Assembly: GCA_002397465.1 (NCBI GenBank)
Contig: DHAP01000051.1
Coordinates: 104,770-168,769, forward strand
DNA length: 64,000 nucleotides
Source of the DNA: Bacillales bacterium UBA4951
Lineage (GTDB): Bacteria > Bacillota_I > Bacilli_A > RFN20 > CAG-826
Direction: 5' to 3'
This document shows positions 35,499 through 44,373 of this stretch, in pieces. A model generated the notes under the pieces. It searched no databases, was not told where the DNA came from, and saw nothing but the letters and a program-made list of their open reading frames with translations. Position numbers and translations under genes: made by a program. The first letter of the stretch is position 1. The number at the start of each line of letters is the position of its first letter.

Positions 35499-36905
35499 TT
35501 ATCTGTCCTTGTGAGTATCAGGACCGCTTGTGTAGAGGGTGTCGCGATAATCGCCTAATTTTTTGGCTCTTGTCGGATGACGTAACTTACGTATGGCTTT
35601 GGCTTCGATTTGACGAATGCGCTCACGTGTGACGCCAAATTCCTTTCCAACCTCTTCAAGCGTTCTTGGGCGATTGTCATCTAGTCCATATCGCAAACGT
35701 AAGACTCTCTCCTCACGATCGGTCAAGTCCTTCATGATATCATACAACTCATCTTTTAAAAGGGACTTAGTCGTATATTCTTCCGGTGACTGGGCTTCTT
35801 TGTCCTCTATGAAGTCCCCAAGATGAGAATCATCTTCCTCGCCGATTGGGGTCTCTAGTGAAACTGGCTCAAGGGCAATACGTTGAATCTCGCGAATTCT
35901 TTCCGGGGAGAGCGCGCCTTCCATTTTGACGGATATCTCTTCGGCGGTTGGCTCACGTCCGAGTTCCTGGACCAACTGTCTTTGGACTCTTGTCATCTTG
36001 TTGATCGTTTCGACCATATGAACCGGGATTCGGATGGTTCTGGCTTGGTCGGCGATGGCGCGGGTAATGGCCTGTCTGATCCACCATGTGGCATAAGTAG
36101 AGAACTTGAATCCTTTGGTGTAATCGAATTTTTCAACGGCTTTGATCAAGCCCATGTTGCCTTCTTGGATGAGATCGAGGAAGTGCATTCCCCTGCCGAC
36201 ATAGTGTTTGGCGATTGAAATGACCAAACGCAAATTGGCGGTGATCAGCTGGTTCTTGGAATTTTGACCTTCGTCGATACGGTATTGGGCATCACGGATG
36301 GCTTGGATATCGCCTTTTTTCTTGGCGGCCTCCAAATCTTTCTTGGCTTCTTCCCCATCGGCGATGCTCTTGGCGAGCTCGGTTTCTTGCTTGGCAGTCA
36401 AAAGACTGACCTTGCCGATTTCGAGAAGGTACATCTTCACGGAGTCGTTGACTTTGACGTCTCCTGACTGAATCTTTGAGAATTCGTCGATGTTGGCGAG
36501 CTTTTCTTTTTCTTCGTCATCATCCCCGTCATCATCTATCGCGTCTTCTTCGACTTCCTTGGAAGCCTTAAGAATCTCTTCTTCGCTCTTCGGAGCCTCT
36601 TCTGGCGCTTCTTCCTCTTCTTTGCTCACGACTTTGATGTCGTTCTCTTTGAAGAAATCGATGAGTTTCTCGAAATCGTCTTCCGAAAGATCGAGCTTGC
36701 TCGTGGCTTCCATGACATCCTCTTGAAGGATGGATCCGGACGTTTTTCCTTTTTTCAGGAATTGTTTCTTAATGGCTTCTAGGCTCTTGATGAGCTCGTT
36801 TTCCTCATCTTCCGGCGAGTAGTCCTCGTTTAAAGCCTCATCGACCTCACTCTCGATTTTCTTTTTGCTAAGTTTTGTCGTGTTTTTCTTTTCTTTCTTT
36901 TCCAT
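35499..36905 (-). CDS. rpoD: RNA polymerase primary sigma factor
   Basis: 468 aa. Acidic N-terminal region and canonical region 2-4 ([48 protein letters not shown]). Downstream of dnaG. Confidence 0.95.
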   Translation of the reverse strand: MEKKEKKNTTKLSKKKIESEVDEALNEDYSPEDEENELIKSLEAIKKQFLKKGKTSGSILQEDVMEATSKLDLSEDDFEKLIDFFKENDIKVVSKEEEEAPEEAPKSEEEILKASKEVEEDAIDDDGDDDEEKEKLANIDEFSKIQSGDVKVNDSVKMYLLEIGKVSLLTAKQETELAKSIADGEEAKKDLEAAKKKGDIQAIRDAQYRIDEGQNSKNQLITANLRLVISIAKHYVGRGMHFLDLIQEGNMGLIKAVEKFDYTKGFKFSTYATWWIRQAITRAIADQARTIRIPVHMVETINKMTRVQRQLVQELGREPTAEEISVKMEGALSPERIREIQRIALEPVSLETPIGEEDDSHLGDFIEDKEAQSPEEYTTKSLLKDELYDIMKDLTDREERVLRLRYGLDDNRPRTLEEVGKEFGVTRERIRQIEAKAIRKLRHPTRAKKLGDYRDTLYTSGPDTHKDR

Positions 36906-36928
36906 AACTTTTTCCTTTGATTAAGAGC

Positions 36929-38755
36929 TCAATTGCTCTTCTTGTTGGCTTTCTCTTTGATTCGTCTTGCGTTTTTCCGCTTGATGTAATCGCTGATTAT
37001 CTTGGCCTTTTCGGAATCGCTTTCCCCCGAAAGCGCCTTCCTTGTCGTGTCATCGTCATAGAGCCGTTCTTTTTCTTCTTTTATGGCAACGGCACAGTCA
37101 TCCAGGGCCTTTATCGAATAAGGCGGATGATAGTTGTCTTCGCAGATACTGCTGACTTTGCTTTCCAGTTCGTCGGCATTCTCAGCCCCGCTGCTCGCTA
37201 TGTCGCCTAGTAGAGACGAAATGTTGATCGGCTCTTTTCTTTTCTCGACGTAATCGGTGATGTAGTTGGCGATGGAGTTGTAGAGAGGATAATAGAACGA
37301 ATCGATGGTCTTCTCGAAGTATTTGACCGCATCCATGCTTTCAAGCATGTAATAGAGGACTTCTCTTTCCGCGATCAACAAACGCTTCAAGACTCTTTGC
37401 TCAGGATGCAATCGCTCGAATTCTATCTGATCGCCGTATGTCGTCTCTTCCCGGCTAAGATCAGCGTTCCCTCCTTTGTTGATTTGCTCACGGATGGCTT
37501 TTATCTCGTAGCCCGTGGCATTGGAGAGCTTTACGATATAGTTGTCACGGTCGATCCCAGCCTCAATGTTTCGCAAGTACGGTATGAAATACATCATTAC
37601 CTTGCGTTTTTCTTCTGGGCTATCGAGCTTTTTGACGTTGGTGTAATAATCGATTTGGAAATCGAAGGCATCGACGAGATGCCCCATGCTCTCTTTGAGC
37701 GCGTCAGGGCCGCTTTCCTGCAAGATATCGTCAGGGTCACGTAAATCTCCCGGATTGGAGACCAAACGGAACGAGAGGCCCGCTCTATTGAGTTGTGTGA
37801 CCATCTTCATCATGCCCGTCTGCCCTGGGGCGTCGCCGTCAAGGCATAGCCTGATCTCGCAGTTGAGCCTTCTGAGCATCATTATCTGTTCGCTAGAGAG
37901 GGAGGTTCCCATCAAGGCGACGGCTGATTTGATGCCAGCCTTGTCTAGGGCCATGACGTCCATAAAGCCTTCGAGGATATAAATATATCCGTCGTGATGA
38001 GCGCTTTCCTTGGCGCTGTGGTAGTTATAAATGACGTTGCTCTTATGAAAGATCGGGGTTTCTGGCGAATTGACGTATTTGCTGCTTCCGTCATCGGCAA
38101 GCCTTCGGGCCGAAAATCCGATCACCTGCCCATTGCTGTTCTTAAGCGGGAAGATAAGCCTTCCGGCGTTATTGTCACTGGTGCCAACGGACTTTGCTAA
38201 AGCAATGCCGATGTCCTCAATGGACTTAAGCGAATGGCCTTTGGCTTGAAGATACTGAACCGTCTTAGCTCCGTCTTTCGGGGCGTATCCGATGTTGAAC
38301 TTGGCCACTTCGTCCGATGATATGTGCCTTTTTTCCAAGTAGTCTTTGGCAATTTTGCCTTCTTCGATGGAGAGGGCGTACTGATAATATTTCTCTAGAT
38401 CGTTAATGCAATCATAAAGAGGCTTGATCGAGGGATCGATGTGAACGCGATAAGCGTCCTTTTGGAGTCTCTCGTCGTGGAAGCCGATGATATCGGCAAC
38501 TTTCCGAACGGCTTCTTCGAAGGATATCTTCTCGTATTTTTCAACGAAGGTGATGGCGTTGCCACCAGTCCCACACACAAAACATTTGAAAATCTGCTTT
38601 TCTTTCGAGATGTTGAGAGAAGGATTTTTGTCATCATGGAAAGGGCATACGGCCATGTAGCTGCGCCCTTTTTTGATAACGGGAATATAAGAAGAAATGA
38701 CAGTGACGATGTCAGCGGCTTTTAAGATTGAATCAATCAAATCTCTTGAGTACAT
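36929..38755 (-). CDS. dnaG: DNA primase
   Basis: 608 aa. Zinc-binding CPFHDDKNPSLNIS...FKCFVCGTGG and TOPRIM (YILEGFMDV, DGDAPG). Confidence 0.95.
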   Translation of the reverse strand: MYSRDLIDSILKAADIVTVISSYIPVIKKGRSYMAVCPFHDDKNPSLNISKEKQIFKCFVCGTGGNAITFVEKYEKISFEEAVRKVADIIGFHDERLQKDAYRVHIDPSIKPLYDCINDLEKYYQYALSIEEGKIAKDYLEKRHISSDEVAKFNIGYAPKDGAKTVQYLQAKGHSLKSIEDIGIALAKSVGTSDNNAGRLIFPLKNSNGQVIGFSARRLADDGSSKYVNSPETPIFHKSNVIYNYHSAKESAHHDGYIYILEGFMDVMALDKAGIKSAVALMGTSLSSEQIMMLRRLNCEIRLCLDGDAPGQTGMMKMVTQLNRAGLSFRLVSNPGDLRDPDDILQESGPDALKESMGHLVDAFDFQIDYYTNVKKLDSPEEKRKVMMYFIPYLRNIEAGIDRDNYIVKLSNATGYEIKAIREQINKGGNADLSREETTYGDQIEFERLHPEQRVLKRLLIAEREVLYYMLESMDAVKYFEKTIDSFYYPLYNSIANYITDYVEKRKEPINISSLLGDIASSGAENADELESKVSSICEDNYHPPYSIKALDDCAVAIKEEKERLYDDDTTRKALSGESDSEKAKIISDYIKRKNARRIKEKANKKSN

Positions 38756-38776
38756 TGCATCGTCTCCTTTCTTTTT

Positions 38777-38790
38777 ATATCTTAAGATAT
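38777..38790. promoter_or_regulatory. 14-bp perfect palindrome ATATCTTAAGATAT upstream of dnaG
   Basis: Read directly, 22 nt upstream of the dnaG ATG. It overlaps a TATAAA on the - strand. Candidate operator or promoter element. Confidence 0.35.
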
Positions 38791-38824
38791 AATATCTACT
38801 AATTTATAACTGTTTTTATCCTAA

Positions 38825-40204
38825 TCAATAGAAGCACTTAACTGTGAAATAGTTGACGAGCTCAGTGATTGGAAGGCGGATTTGTTTCATCGTGTCGCGA
38901 TCTCTGATGGTGACTGATTGATCCTCGGCCGTGTTGAAGTCGATGGTTACGCAATATGGCGTGCCGATCTCATCTTGTCTTCTGTATCTCTTACCGATGG
39001 AGCCGGTCGAATCGCTCGTGCAAGAGAAATGCTGGTTGAGGATGGAAAGAACCTCGTTGGACTTTTCCTCAAGTTTCTTGCTTAATGGCAAGATGGCGAT
39101 TTTGTAAGGCGCCAACGATGGTAATAGGTGCATAACAACTCTGGTGTCGCCGCCTTCGAGCGTTTCCTCGTCATAAGCGTCCACCATCGTCATAAGCATC
39201 AACCTGTCTAAGCCCATCGAAGGCTCGATGACATATGGGAGATATTTCTCGTTAGTCTCGGGGTCGAAATAAGTCATATCCTCTTTGCTATATTCCTGAT
39301 GGCGTTTTAAATCGTAGTCAGTTCTATCGGCTACGCCGAGGATTTCTCCCCATCCAATGCTCGGAAAATCGTATTCGACGTCGGTCGTTGCTTTGCTATA
39401 GAAGGCTAACTCAGCTGGCTCGTGATCGCGGAAACGAAGGTTTTCGGCTTTCGGTCCCAAGCTTTCGACGAAACGAAGACAGTAGTCCTTCCAATACTTG
39501 AACCAATCCAAATCGGTTCCAGGCTTGCAGAAGAATTCCATTTCCATCTGGGTGAACTCTCTGGTACGGAAAGTGAAATTCCCAGGAGTGATCTCGTTTC
39601 TAAAGCTCTTGCCGACATTGCAAATGCCGAATGGGAGCTTCTTTCTGGCTGCTCTTTGAACGTTTTTGAAGTTAACGAAGACGCCTTGGGCGGTTTCTGG
39701 GCGAAGATAAACTTGACTAGATGTGTCTTCCGTCACGCCGATGTGGGTTTTGAACATCATGTTAAATTTGCGGATTGGAGTGAAATCGCTCTTTCCGCAA
39801 ACCGGGCACACCATCTTGTGAGTCTTGATGAAATCATCCATGTCTTCGAATGTCATGTTGTCGACATCGACATCCGGATATTGGCTTTTGATAAGGTCGT
39901 CTGCTCTATGTCTGGCTTTGCAGGCTTTGCAGTCGATCATCGGATCGTTGAAAGTCGAAACGTGGCCTGTCGCTTCCCAAACCTTCGGATTCATCAAAAT
40001 AGCAGCGTCTAGCCCAAGGTTGGTCGGAGACTCTTGAACGAATTTCTTCCACCACGCCTCTTGGATGTTCTTTTTAAGTTCGGCGCCTAATGGACCATAA
40101 TCCCAGCTATTTGAAAGCCCACCATATATTTGCGAGCCAGGAAACACGTATCCTGTGAGTTGTAAATGCGAAGTAATCTTGTCAAAATCGAACTTGCTGG
40201 CCAT
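38825..40204 (-). CDS. glyQS: Glycyl-tRNA synthetase (single-chain, alpha2 type)
   Basis: 459 aa. FPGSQIYGGLSNSWDYGPLGAELKKNI and class II motifs. AAGGAG SD upstream. Confidence 0.95.
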   Translation of the reverse strand: MASKFDFDKITSHLQLTGYVFPGSQIYGGLSNSWDYGPLGAELKKNIQEAWWKKFVQESPTNLGLDAAILMNPKVWEATGHVSTFNDPMIDCKACKARHRADDLIKSQYPDVDVDNMTFEDMDDFIKTHKMVCPVCGKSDFTPIRKFNMMFKTHIGVTEDTSSQVYLRPETAQGVFVNFKNVQRAARKKLPFGICNVGKSFRNEITPGNFTFRTREFTQMEMEFFCKPGTDLDWFKYWKDYCLRFVESLGPKAENLRFRDHEPAELAFYSKATTDVEYDFPSIGWGEILGVADRTDYDLKRHQEYSKEDMTYFDPETNEKYLPYVIEPSMGLDRLMLMTMVDAYDEETLEGGDTRVVMHLLPSLAPYKIAILPLSKKLEEKSNEVLSILNQHFSCTSDSTGSIGKRYRRQDEIGTPYCVTIDFNTAEDQSVTIRDRDTMKQIRLPITELVNYFTVKCFY

Positions 40205-40235
40205 ATGTAAAGGCTCCTTTGTTGGTAAATAAAAT

Positions 40236-40252
40236 CTTTCTCATAGAGAAAG
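40236..40252 (-). promoter_or_regulatory. 7-bp hairpin (CTTTCTC-ATA-GAGAAAG) followed by a U-rich tract, in the glyQS 5' leader
   Basis: It lies between the putative promoter (40261-40288) and the SD. On the - strand it is followed by ATTTTATTT. Confidence 0.4.
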
Positions 40253-40260
40253 CCTCATAT

Positions 40261-40288
40261 AGTTTAGTTTTAAAGCCCCTTGCGTCAA
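40261..40288 (-). promoter_or_regulatory. Putative sigma-A-type promoter of glyQS (TTGACG-16-TAAACT)
   Basis: Hexamers read on the - strand. The leader is only about 50 nt. Confidence 0.45.
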
Positions 40289-40308
40289 CCGCTTTTAAGT
40301 GTACTTTG

Positions 40309-41040
40309 TCAAGACCTCATAAGAAGGAAAAGGCTTTTTAATTCAACGCCCGTCAAATCATTCAAATAACGCGACAAAGACGAGATGAGGTCGAGGTTTT
40401 CCTTCTTTTCGAAGGAGACTCTTTCAAAGTCTTCCAAACCGCTTTTGAATACGTAACGGATTATTTTTAGTTCCCTTGGTGAAAGCTGCTTCCCGCCTTC
40501 TGAGAGATCGTCTTTGCAAACAAAGCCGCCTTCCGAATATGAGATGCCGGCTATATCCGTCTTTTTCTGGCAATACACGCATTCGTCGACATCGAGTCCA
40601 TATCCGCATATTTTCAGCAAATGAGCGATGTAAAGCGATGATGCGCTTAACGGGTCGAAGCCATTCGCTATCGCTTCTAAGGCCCTCTTGAGCCAAGGAA
40701 AGCTCGCTTTGCCTTCATCGTCTTGAACGAGCTTGTGGCTGAGTTCAGCGATAAAAGAGAAGCATGCCAGCCTTTCGAGAGAATCCTTGCCGTCTACTGA
40801 AGTTAGGTTCTCGGCCTCTTTCAATGTATAAGAACCGTTCTTTCCTTCTGACAAGGAGAATTTTGAAAAGGCCAAAAGAGTGCACGAGGACGCAAGTTTG
40901 CTCGTTGGTTTGTTCACGCCGTGGGCCAAAAAGGACATTAGACCGTTTTCGGTGAGAACCTTAACCATCGCATCGCTTTCTTTGAAAGGCGACAAATGGA
41001 TGACATACCCTTCGAAATTAAGAATTTTTGGGTTCGCCAT
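40309..41040 (-). CDS. recO: DNA repair protein RecO
   Basis: 243 aa. N-terminal OB fold (EGYVIHLSPFKESDAMVKVLTENG) and Cys-containing zinc motif (CVYC...C). Position era-recO-glyQS. Confidence 0.8.
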   Translation of the reverse strand: MANPKILNFEGYVIHLSPFKESDAMVKVLTENGLMSFLAHGVNKPTSKLASSCTLLAFSKFSLSEGKNGSYTLKEAENLTSVDGKDSLERLACFSFIAELSHKLVQDDEGKASFPWLKRALEAIANGFDPLSASSLYIAHLLKICGYGLDVDECVYCQKKTDIAGISYSEGGFVCKDDLSEGGKQLSPRELKIIRYVFKSGLEDFERVSFEKKENLDLISSLSRYLNDLTGVELKSLFLLMRS

Positions 41041-41905
41041 ATCCTAGTTTTTTAAGCTTGTTTGGGTCGTTTCTCCAGTTTGGAGCAACTTCTACTTCCG
41101 CGACCAAAGTCACGTGTTTATGCCACATTCTTTCTAGCTCATGGCGGGCTGACATGCTTATTTTCTTGATCATTTGCCCACCTTTCCCGATGATGATGGC
41201 TTTTTGATTGGGCTTTTCGCAGTATATCGTGGCTTTGATCATCACCTGGGAGTCTTCTTCATCATATTCGTCTAATCCAACCGCACATTGATGCGGAACT
41301 TCTTCCTTCAAAAAATGAAGGAGTTCTTGTCTGATGACCTCTTTAGCCATGAATGAGTGGTCTTTGTCGGAAACATAATCGTTGGGGAAATAAGCCGGCC
41401 CTTCGGAAAAAGTCGAAGCCACCGCATCTTTGATGTCTTTGAGCCCAAAGTTCGTCAATGCGGAAATTTGGATTTGATGATACTTCGGGAAGGCTGAACT
41501 GTAATGCTCAACGACTTTTTCCATCGTTGGGGCGTTGGCCAAATCAATTTTGTTAAGAAGCAAAAACACTGGTTTGTCGATTTTGATCGAATTCAAGATT
41601 TTGTCGTCGATGGAAAAATCTGAGACCGAGCAATCGACCATGTAGAGTAGACAATCAACGTCGGAAAGACTTTTTTTGGCGTTTCTCACCATCTCTTTGT
41701 CCAAGACGAGACTTCCATCGAAAAGCCCCGGGGTATCGATGAAAACGATTTGAAGGTCCTTCTCGTTATAAACGCCCATGATGTCATCGCGAGTCGTCTG
41801 TGATTTTTGGGTGACGATTGAAATCTTTTTGCTAAGCAAAGCGTTGATCAACGTGCTTTTGCCAACGTTCGGCCGGCCTAAAATTGCTGCGAATCCGCTT
41901 TTCAT
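41018..41905 (-). CDS. era: GTPase Era
   Basis: 295 aa. G1 (GRPNVGKST), DTPG, NKID, and a C-terminal KH domain. Confidence 0.95.
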   Translation of the reverse strand: MKSGFAAILGRPNVGKSTLINALLSKKISIVTQKSQTTRDDIMGVYNEKDLQIVFIDTPGLFDGSLVLDKEMVRNAKKSLSDVDCLLYMVDCSVSDFSIDDKILNSIKIDKPVFLLLNKIDLANAPTMEKVVEHYSSAFPKYHQIQISALTNFGLKDIKDAVASTFSEGPAYFPNDYVSDKDHSFMAKEVIRQELLHFLKEEVPHQCAVGLDEYDEEDSQVMIKATIYCEKPNQKAIIIGKGGQMIKKISMSARHELERMWHKHVTLVAEVEVAPNWRNDPNKLKKLGYGEPKNS

Positions 41906-42300
41906 AAGTCATCTCCGCTAAAGGCGAAAGGAAGAAGCTCTTTGACGTTCGTTTCTTTGACGTCTCCCTTAAGATTGGCCATGTAGATAGGCGCATCATC
42001 TGGAAAAAGCTCGCTCAAGACTTGTCGGCAAGCACCACATGGCGAAGTCGGCTCATCGGTGTCAGCGATTAACGCCATGGCCACGAAGTCTTCTTTTGTT
42101 TTTCCGTCCATGTAGGCATTGTATACGGCGTTTCTCTCGGCGCACATGCAAAGAGAATATGAGGAGTTCTCGATGTTCGCGCCGACATAGACGCTTCCAT
42201 CTTTGCATTCTATCGCGGCTCCTACCGCAAAATGGGAATATGGCGAATAAGAGAGCTCACGGGCTTCTTTCGCACAGTCGATCAGTTCAGTTTTGTCCAT
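41902..42300 (-). CDS. cdd: Cytidine deaminase
   Basis: 132 aa. Zinc ligand motifs CAERNA and PCGACRQ. Confidence 0.9.
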   Translation of the reverse strand: MDKTELIDCAKEARELSYSPYSHFAVGAAIECKDGSVYVGANIENSSYSLCMCAERNAVYNAYMDGKTKEDFVAMALIADTDEPTSPCGACRQVLSELFPDDAPIYMANLKGDVKETNVKELLPFAFSGDDL

Positions 42301-42778
42301 TTTCTTTACCTGCCATTTCTAATATTTTGTCTTGCAAAGGAAACATTATTTCCTCGTCTTCTTTTTTCATATGGTCGTATCCGAGTAGATGAAGCAAACC
42401 ATGGACGAAGAGGAAACTCAGCTCTCTTTCTTCGCTATTCCCGATTTCCTTGGCTTGCCTTTGAGCCTGCGGCAGACAAATGAGAATCTCGCCAAGCATC
42501 TTTGTCACGCCTTTGGAGACGATGGCGTCTTTTGGATCCTTGTCGTCGTTGAAGGCGAAGCTTATGACATCCGTGACCCTGTCGACATGGCGATAATCAC
42601 GGTTTATCTCGTGAATCGTCTCATCGTCGACCAGAGAAACGTCTACTTCGTAGTCCACTTTGATGTCCAGCAAGGAAAAAGCGACCTTTGCTAAATACGT
42701 GTACCTTGACTCGAGATAATCGTAAGACTTGCCAAAGGGCGAAATGAAATCAATTTCCATGTGTGATAACTTTATCAC
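42287..42778 (-). CDS. ybeY: rRNA maturation endoribonuclease YbeY
   Basis: 163 aa. HGLLHLLGYDH metal-binding motif. Confidence 0.9.
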   Translation of the reverse strand: MIKLSHMEIDFISPFGKSYDYLESRYTYLAKVAFSLLDIKVDYEVDVSLVDDETIHEINRDYRHVDRVTDVISFAFNDDKDPKDAIVSKGVTKMLGEILICLPQAQRQAKEIGNSEERELSFLFVHGLLHLLGYDHMKKEDEEIMFPLQDKILEMAGKENGQN

Positions 42779-42800
42779 AAAGAAGGTTATTTACGATATA

Positions 42801-43997
42801 TCACTGCTCGTTTTTCTGAAAATATTCGAGGAAATAATCATATTCGCTTTCCATGGTGTCGTGGTTTTGGAAAAACGAATAGATTTCGCGTAAAGCCCCT
42901 CCTATCGCATAGATGCCAAAGAAATGGAATAAATAATAGTTGAGGGACATATCGCCGCTGTAAAAGGTCGGTATGAGGGCTAACGCCAATAGGACGGCGA
43001 AATAGATAGCTTGGCCATAGGAGAAATAATCACCCAAGCGATAACCTTCCTGGTTAATCTCTTTGATGAGTCTTTCTTTGGTCTCTTTGACTTCTTTTGA
43101 GGCAAACAATGACTTTTCCTTCCATTCCAAGGCCTTTTTCTTCCCTCTTAGCGTTTGCGAATAAAAGAAAGCTTCCAGGAAAAGATAGCAGGCCAGGCCG
43201 CCGATCGATGCCAAAAAGGCCAGATTGTTGACTCCGAGCAAGAGGGACAAAGAGACAAAAAACAGAAATGATGAAAAAAGCGACAAATGGTTTAGAAACC
43301 AACCTTTTTTATAGGCGTAATAATGCTCGTAGTTTTTTCGAAGTCTCTTCTCATCATCATCATAAATGCCATGAAGCCACTTCTTGTCGAAGCATTTCAT
43401 CGCTCTGACCGCGAAGAGACGTTTAAGTATCTCGAAGACCAAAGCCGTGCTGAATAAGATGATCGTGTACAGGAAATTTCCTTGGTAGTCCACGAAATAG
43501 AAACCGGCATAAAGGGCCGCTTGGCTCAATAGGCCAAAACCCAATGCCGCCACACGCTCTATCTCACCGCCCTGCCTTCTTTTCCTAGCTTCGCATTTCG
43601 TCTTCACGTAACTTGTCACCTCCCCATAAATCCCGTTCCAATAAGTGATCAGATTACTGATCTTCTTCCAACATTTTCCCTCGCTAGGATCGAAGACTTC
43701 GACATAAGAGCCGAATTTCCTTCTGAGCAAAACCATGTGGGAGTTCCTTTCGTCTCCCTGAAGAATAAGGATTGGCCAGTTGTCGTTTTTGAACAGAAGC
43801 TCTTTGTCCTTCACTCTTTTGAAGGTAAGCTCAAGGCCCTCCTTCTCACCGGCTTCCGTTAAAGCCTTGAGGCTATAAGGCGGATGCCCGTCGAGCGTCA
43901 GATAGCGGTAGTCTTTTTTGTGGCTTAGGCAAACCAAAAGCATTCTGAGGCAGGCTAAGCCGCACCCTTCTTCGTCACCTTGATAAATGTTTCTCAT
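42801..43997 (-). CDS. Peptidase C39-like domain fused to a polytopic membrane domain, with no ABC ATPase domain
   Basis: The N-terminus has a C39 pattern: Q6, C12 (GCGLACLRML), H87 (SHMVLL), D103 (VFDPSEG). About 6 hydrophobic segments follow. The ORF ends at 398 aa with no Walker motifs. Confidence 0.6.
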   Translation of the reverse strand: MRNIYQGDEEGCGLACLRMLLVCLSHKKDYRYLTLDGHPPYSLKALTEAGEKEGLELTFKRVKDKELLFKNDNWPILILQGDERNSHMVLLRRKFGSYVEVFDPSEGKCWKKISNLITYWNGIYGEVTSYVKTKCEARKRRQGGEIERVAALGFGLLSQAALYAGFYFVDYQGNFLYTIILFSTALVFEILKRLFAVRAMKCFDKKWLHGIYDDDEKRLRKNYEHYYAYKKGWFLNHLSLFSSFLFFVSLSLLLGVNNLAFLASIGGLACYLFLEAFFYSQTLRGKKKALEWKEKSLFASKEVKETKERLIKEINQEGYRLGDYFSYGQAIYFAVLLALALIPTFYSGDMSLNYYLFHFFGIYAIGGALREIYSFFQNHDTMESEYDYFLEYFQKNEQ

Positions 43998-44043
43998 ACA
44001 CCTGCTTTTAGAAAGCTAAAAGAGGCTTCTGCCCAAAAGGATG

Positions 44044-44069
44044 AAAAAAGCCTTGGCTTTCGCCAAGGC
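44044..44069 (-). terminator. Rho-independent terminator of rpsU
   Basis: GCCTTGGC-TTTC-GCCAAGGC, with TTTTTT following on the - strand. Confidence 0.85.
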
Positions 44070-44082
44070 ATTTATTTGTGGA

Positions 44083-44259
44083 TTACCACTTTTTCCTACG
44101 AGCCATCTCGGATTTCATTTTTCTCTTGAGGTTCGTTTTTAGGTAGCACTCGCGTTTTCTTGATTCGAGAAGGACGCCGCTTTTATTAACGCTTCTTTTG
44201 AAGCGTCTCATCGCATCGTCGATGGTCTCGCCATCACGAAGCACGGTTTTGATTGCCAT
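44083..44259 (-). CDS. rpsU: 30S ribosomal protein S21
   Basis: 58-aa ORF below the ORF-track cutoff, translated by hand: [58 protein letters not shown]. This is a typical S21 sequence. Confidence 0.9.
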   Translation of the reverse strand: MAIKTVLRDGETIDDAMRRFKRSVNKSGVLLESRKRECYLKTNLKRKMKSEMARRKKW

Positions 44260-44358
44260 TAATTAATTCACCTTCTCTCCGAAATTTCAGCGTGTTTATT
44301 CTATCGCCTACGTCAGAAAAAGCAATGTATTTCGACACTTCTTCAGCCTCGGCAACGA

Positions 44359-44367
44359 TGATATGAT
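44359..44367 (+). promoter_or_regulatory. Extended -10 (TGATATGAT) 6 nt upstream of the glycosyltransferase ATG (candidate leaderless promoter)
   Basis: gaTGaTATGATactcctATG, with no SD. Confidence 0.45.
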
Positions 44368-44373
44368 ACTCCT

